A DNA stretch of 64,000 bases from Gemmatimonadota bacterium (GTDB lineage: Bacteria; Gemmatimonadota; Gemmatimonadetes; Gemmatimonadales; GWC2-71-9): NCBI GenBank assembly GCA_036679645.1, contig JAZDCY010000016.1, positions 37,377 to 101,376 on the forward strand, given 5' to 3'. The notes beneath the pieces are model-generated. The model saw only the letters and a program-made list of their open reading frames with translations. It did not search any database and was not told where the DNA came from. Below, one piece after another: positions 63,609 through 64,000 of this stretch; positions within the stretch are counted from its first letter, which is position 1, and the number at the start of each line of letters is the position of its first letter. Both the position numbers and the translations under genes were made by a program.

Positions 63609-64000
63609 CTATCTGCCGTTCCGAATGCGCGCTATGGCCCGATTGTGTTCCCTCAAGGTTCGGGAGAAGACGTGGTAGCCGTCTGCTTGAGCAACAAAAT
63701 AGAAGAAATCAGTCGCAGCAGGATACAGCGCCGCCTCGATACTTGCGGTCGACGGCTGGCCTATCGGTCCGGGCGGAAGCCCATCGATCTGATACGTGTT
63801 GTACGGCGAGCGGATCAGGTAGTCCCGCTCGAATAGCCGGCGGCGTCTGCCCAAGGCATATATGACCGTCGGGTCCGCCTGGAGCCGCCATCCCGCCCGC
63901 AGGCGATTGTGATAGACCGACGAGACGTAGTGGCGGTCGCGGTCGTGGCGCACCTCTCCCTCGATGATCGAGGCGAGAATGACGATCTTCCGGCGGGAAT
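63609..64000 (-). CDS. mltG: Endolytic transglycosylase MltG, 3' part
   Basis: IVILASIIEGE, LQADPTVIYAL, YNTYQIDGLPPGPI, FYFVA, HVFSRTLREH; continues beyond the window. Confidence 0.92.
   Translation of the reverse strand, partial: SRRKIVILASIIEGEVRHDRDRHYVSSVYHNRLRAGWRLQADPTVIYALGRRRRLFERDYLIRSPYNTYQIDGLPPGPIGQPSTASIEAALYPAATDFFYFVAQADGYHVFSRTLREHNRAIARIRNGR

Overview
High-GC bacterial chromosomal window. A Gemmatimonadota-like origin is inferred from gene content and order (GWxTD proteins, PglZ response regulator, queA-tgt-yajC-def). The main accessory feature is a ~15.8 kb island (1668-17516) bounded by a 51-bp direct repeat (50/51 identical) equal to the last 17 codons of queA. The island splits the queA-tgt-yajC-def operon and carries no recognisable integrase. 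It holds a type I-C-like CRISPR-Cas system in an atypical order (cas5-cas8c-cas7-cas3-MNT-HEPN-cas4-cas1-cas2-array), a second MNT-HepT pair, a frameshifted MazF/PemK remnant and two hypothetical genes. cas3 is split by an IS21-family element (7128-9772, 6-bp TSD CTCTGC); removing it restores a 788-aa ORF. The array has 4 identical 33-bp repeats and short 29-32 nt spacers. Its last repeat lies 16 nt upstream of a new ATG that turns the displaced queA tail into a 19-aa mini-ORF ending TGA-C-ATG on tgt. This suggests CRISPR-leader-driven, translationally re-coupled expression of tgt-yajC-def (inference). The rest is mostly housekeeping: ruvCAB, yebC, tyrS, PBP1A, argRGH, kbl-tdh, an FdhF-like gene, rlmI-like, aroH, thiE and mltG. 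Other oddities are three tandem GWxTD paralogs, a decayed S1 protease, a Zn-ribbon microprotein inside the ruv operon, a patatin-ferredoxin fusion, an N-terminally truncated DnaB paralog and a (K/R)RKTA x15 histone-like protein. All calls are by eye; no database searches were run.
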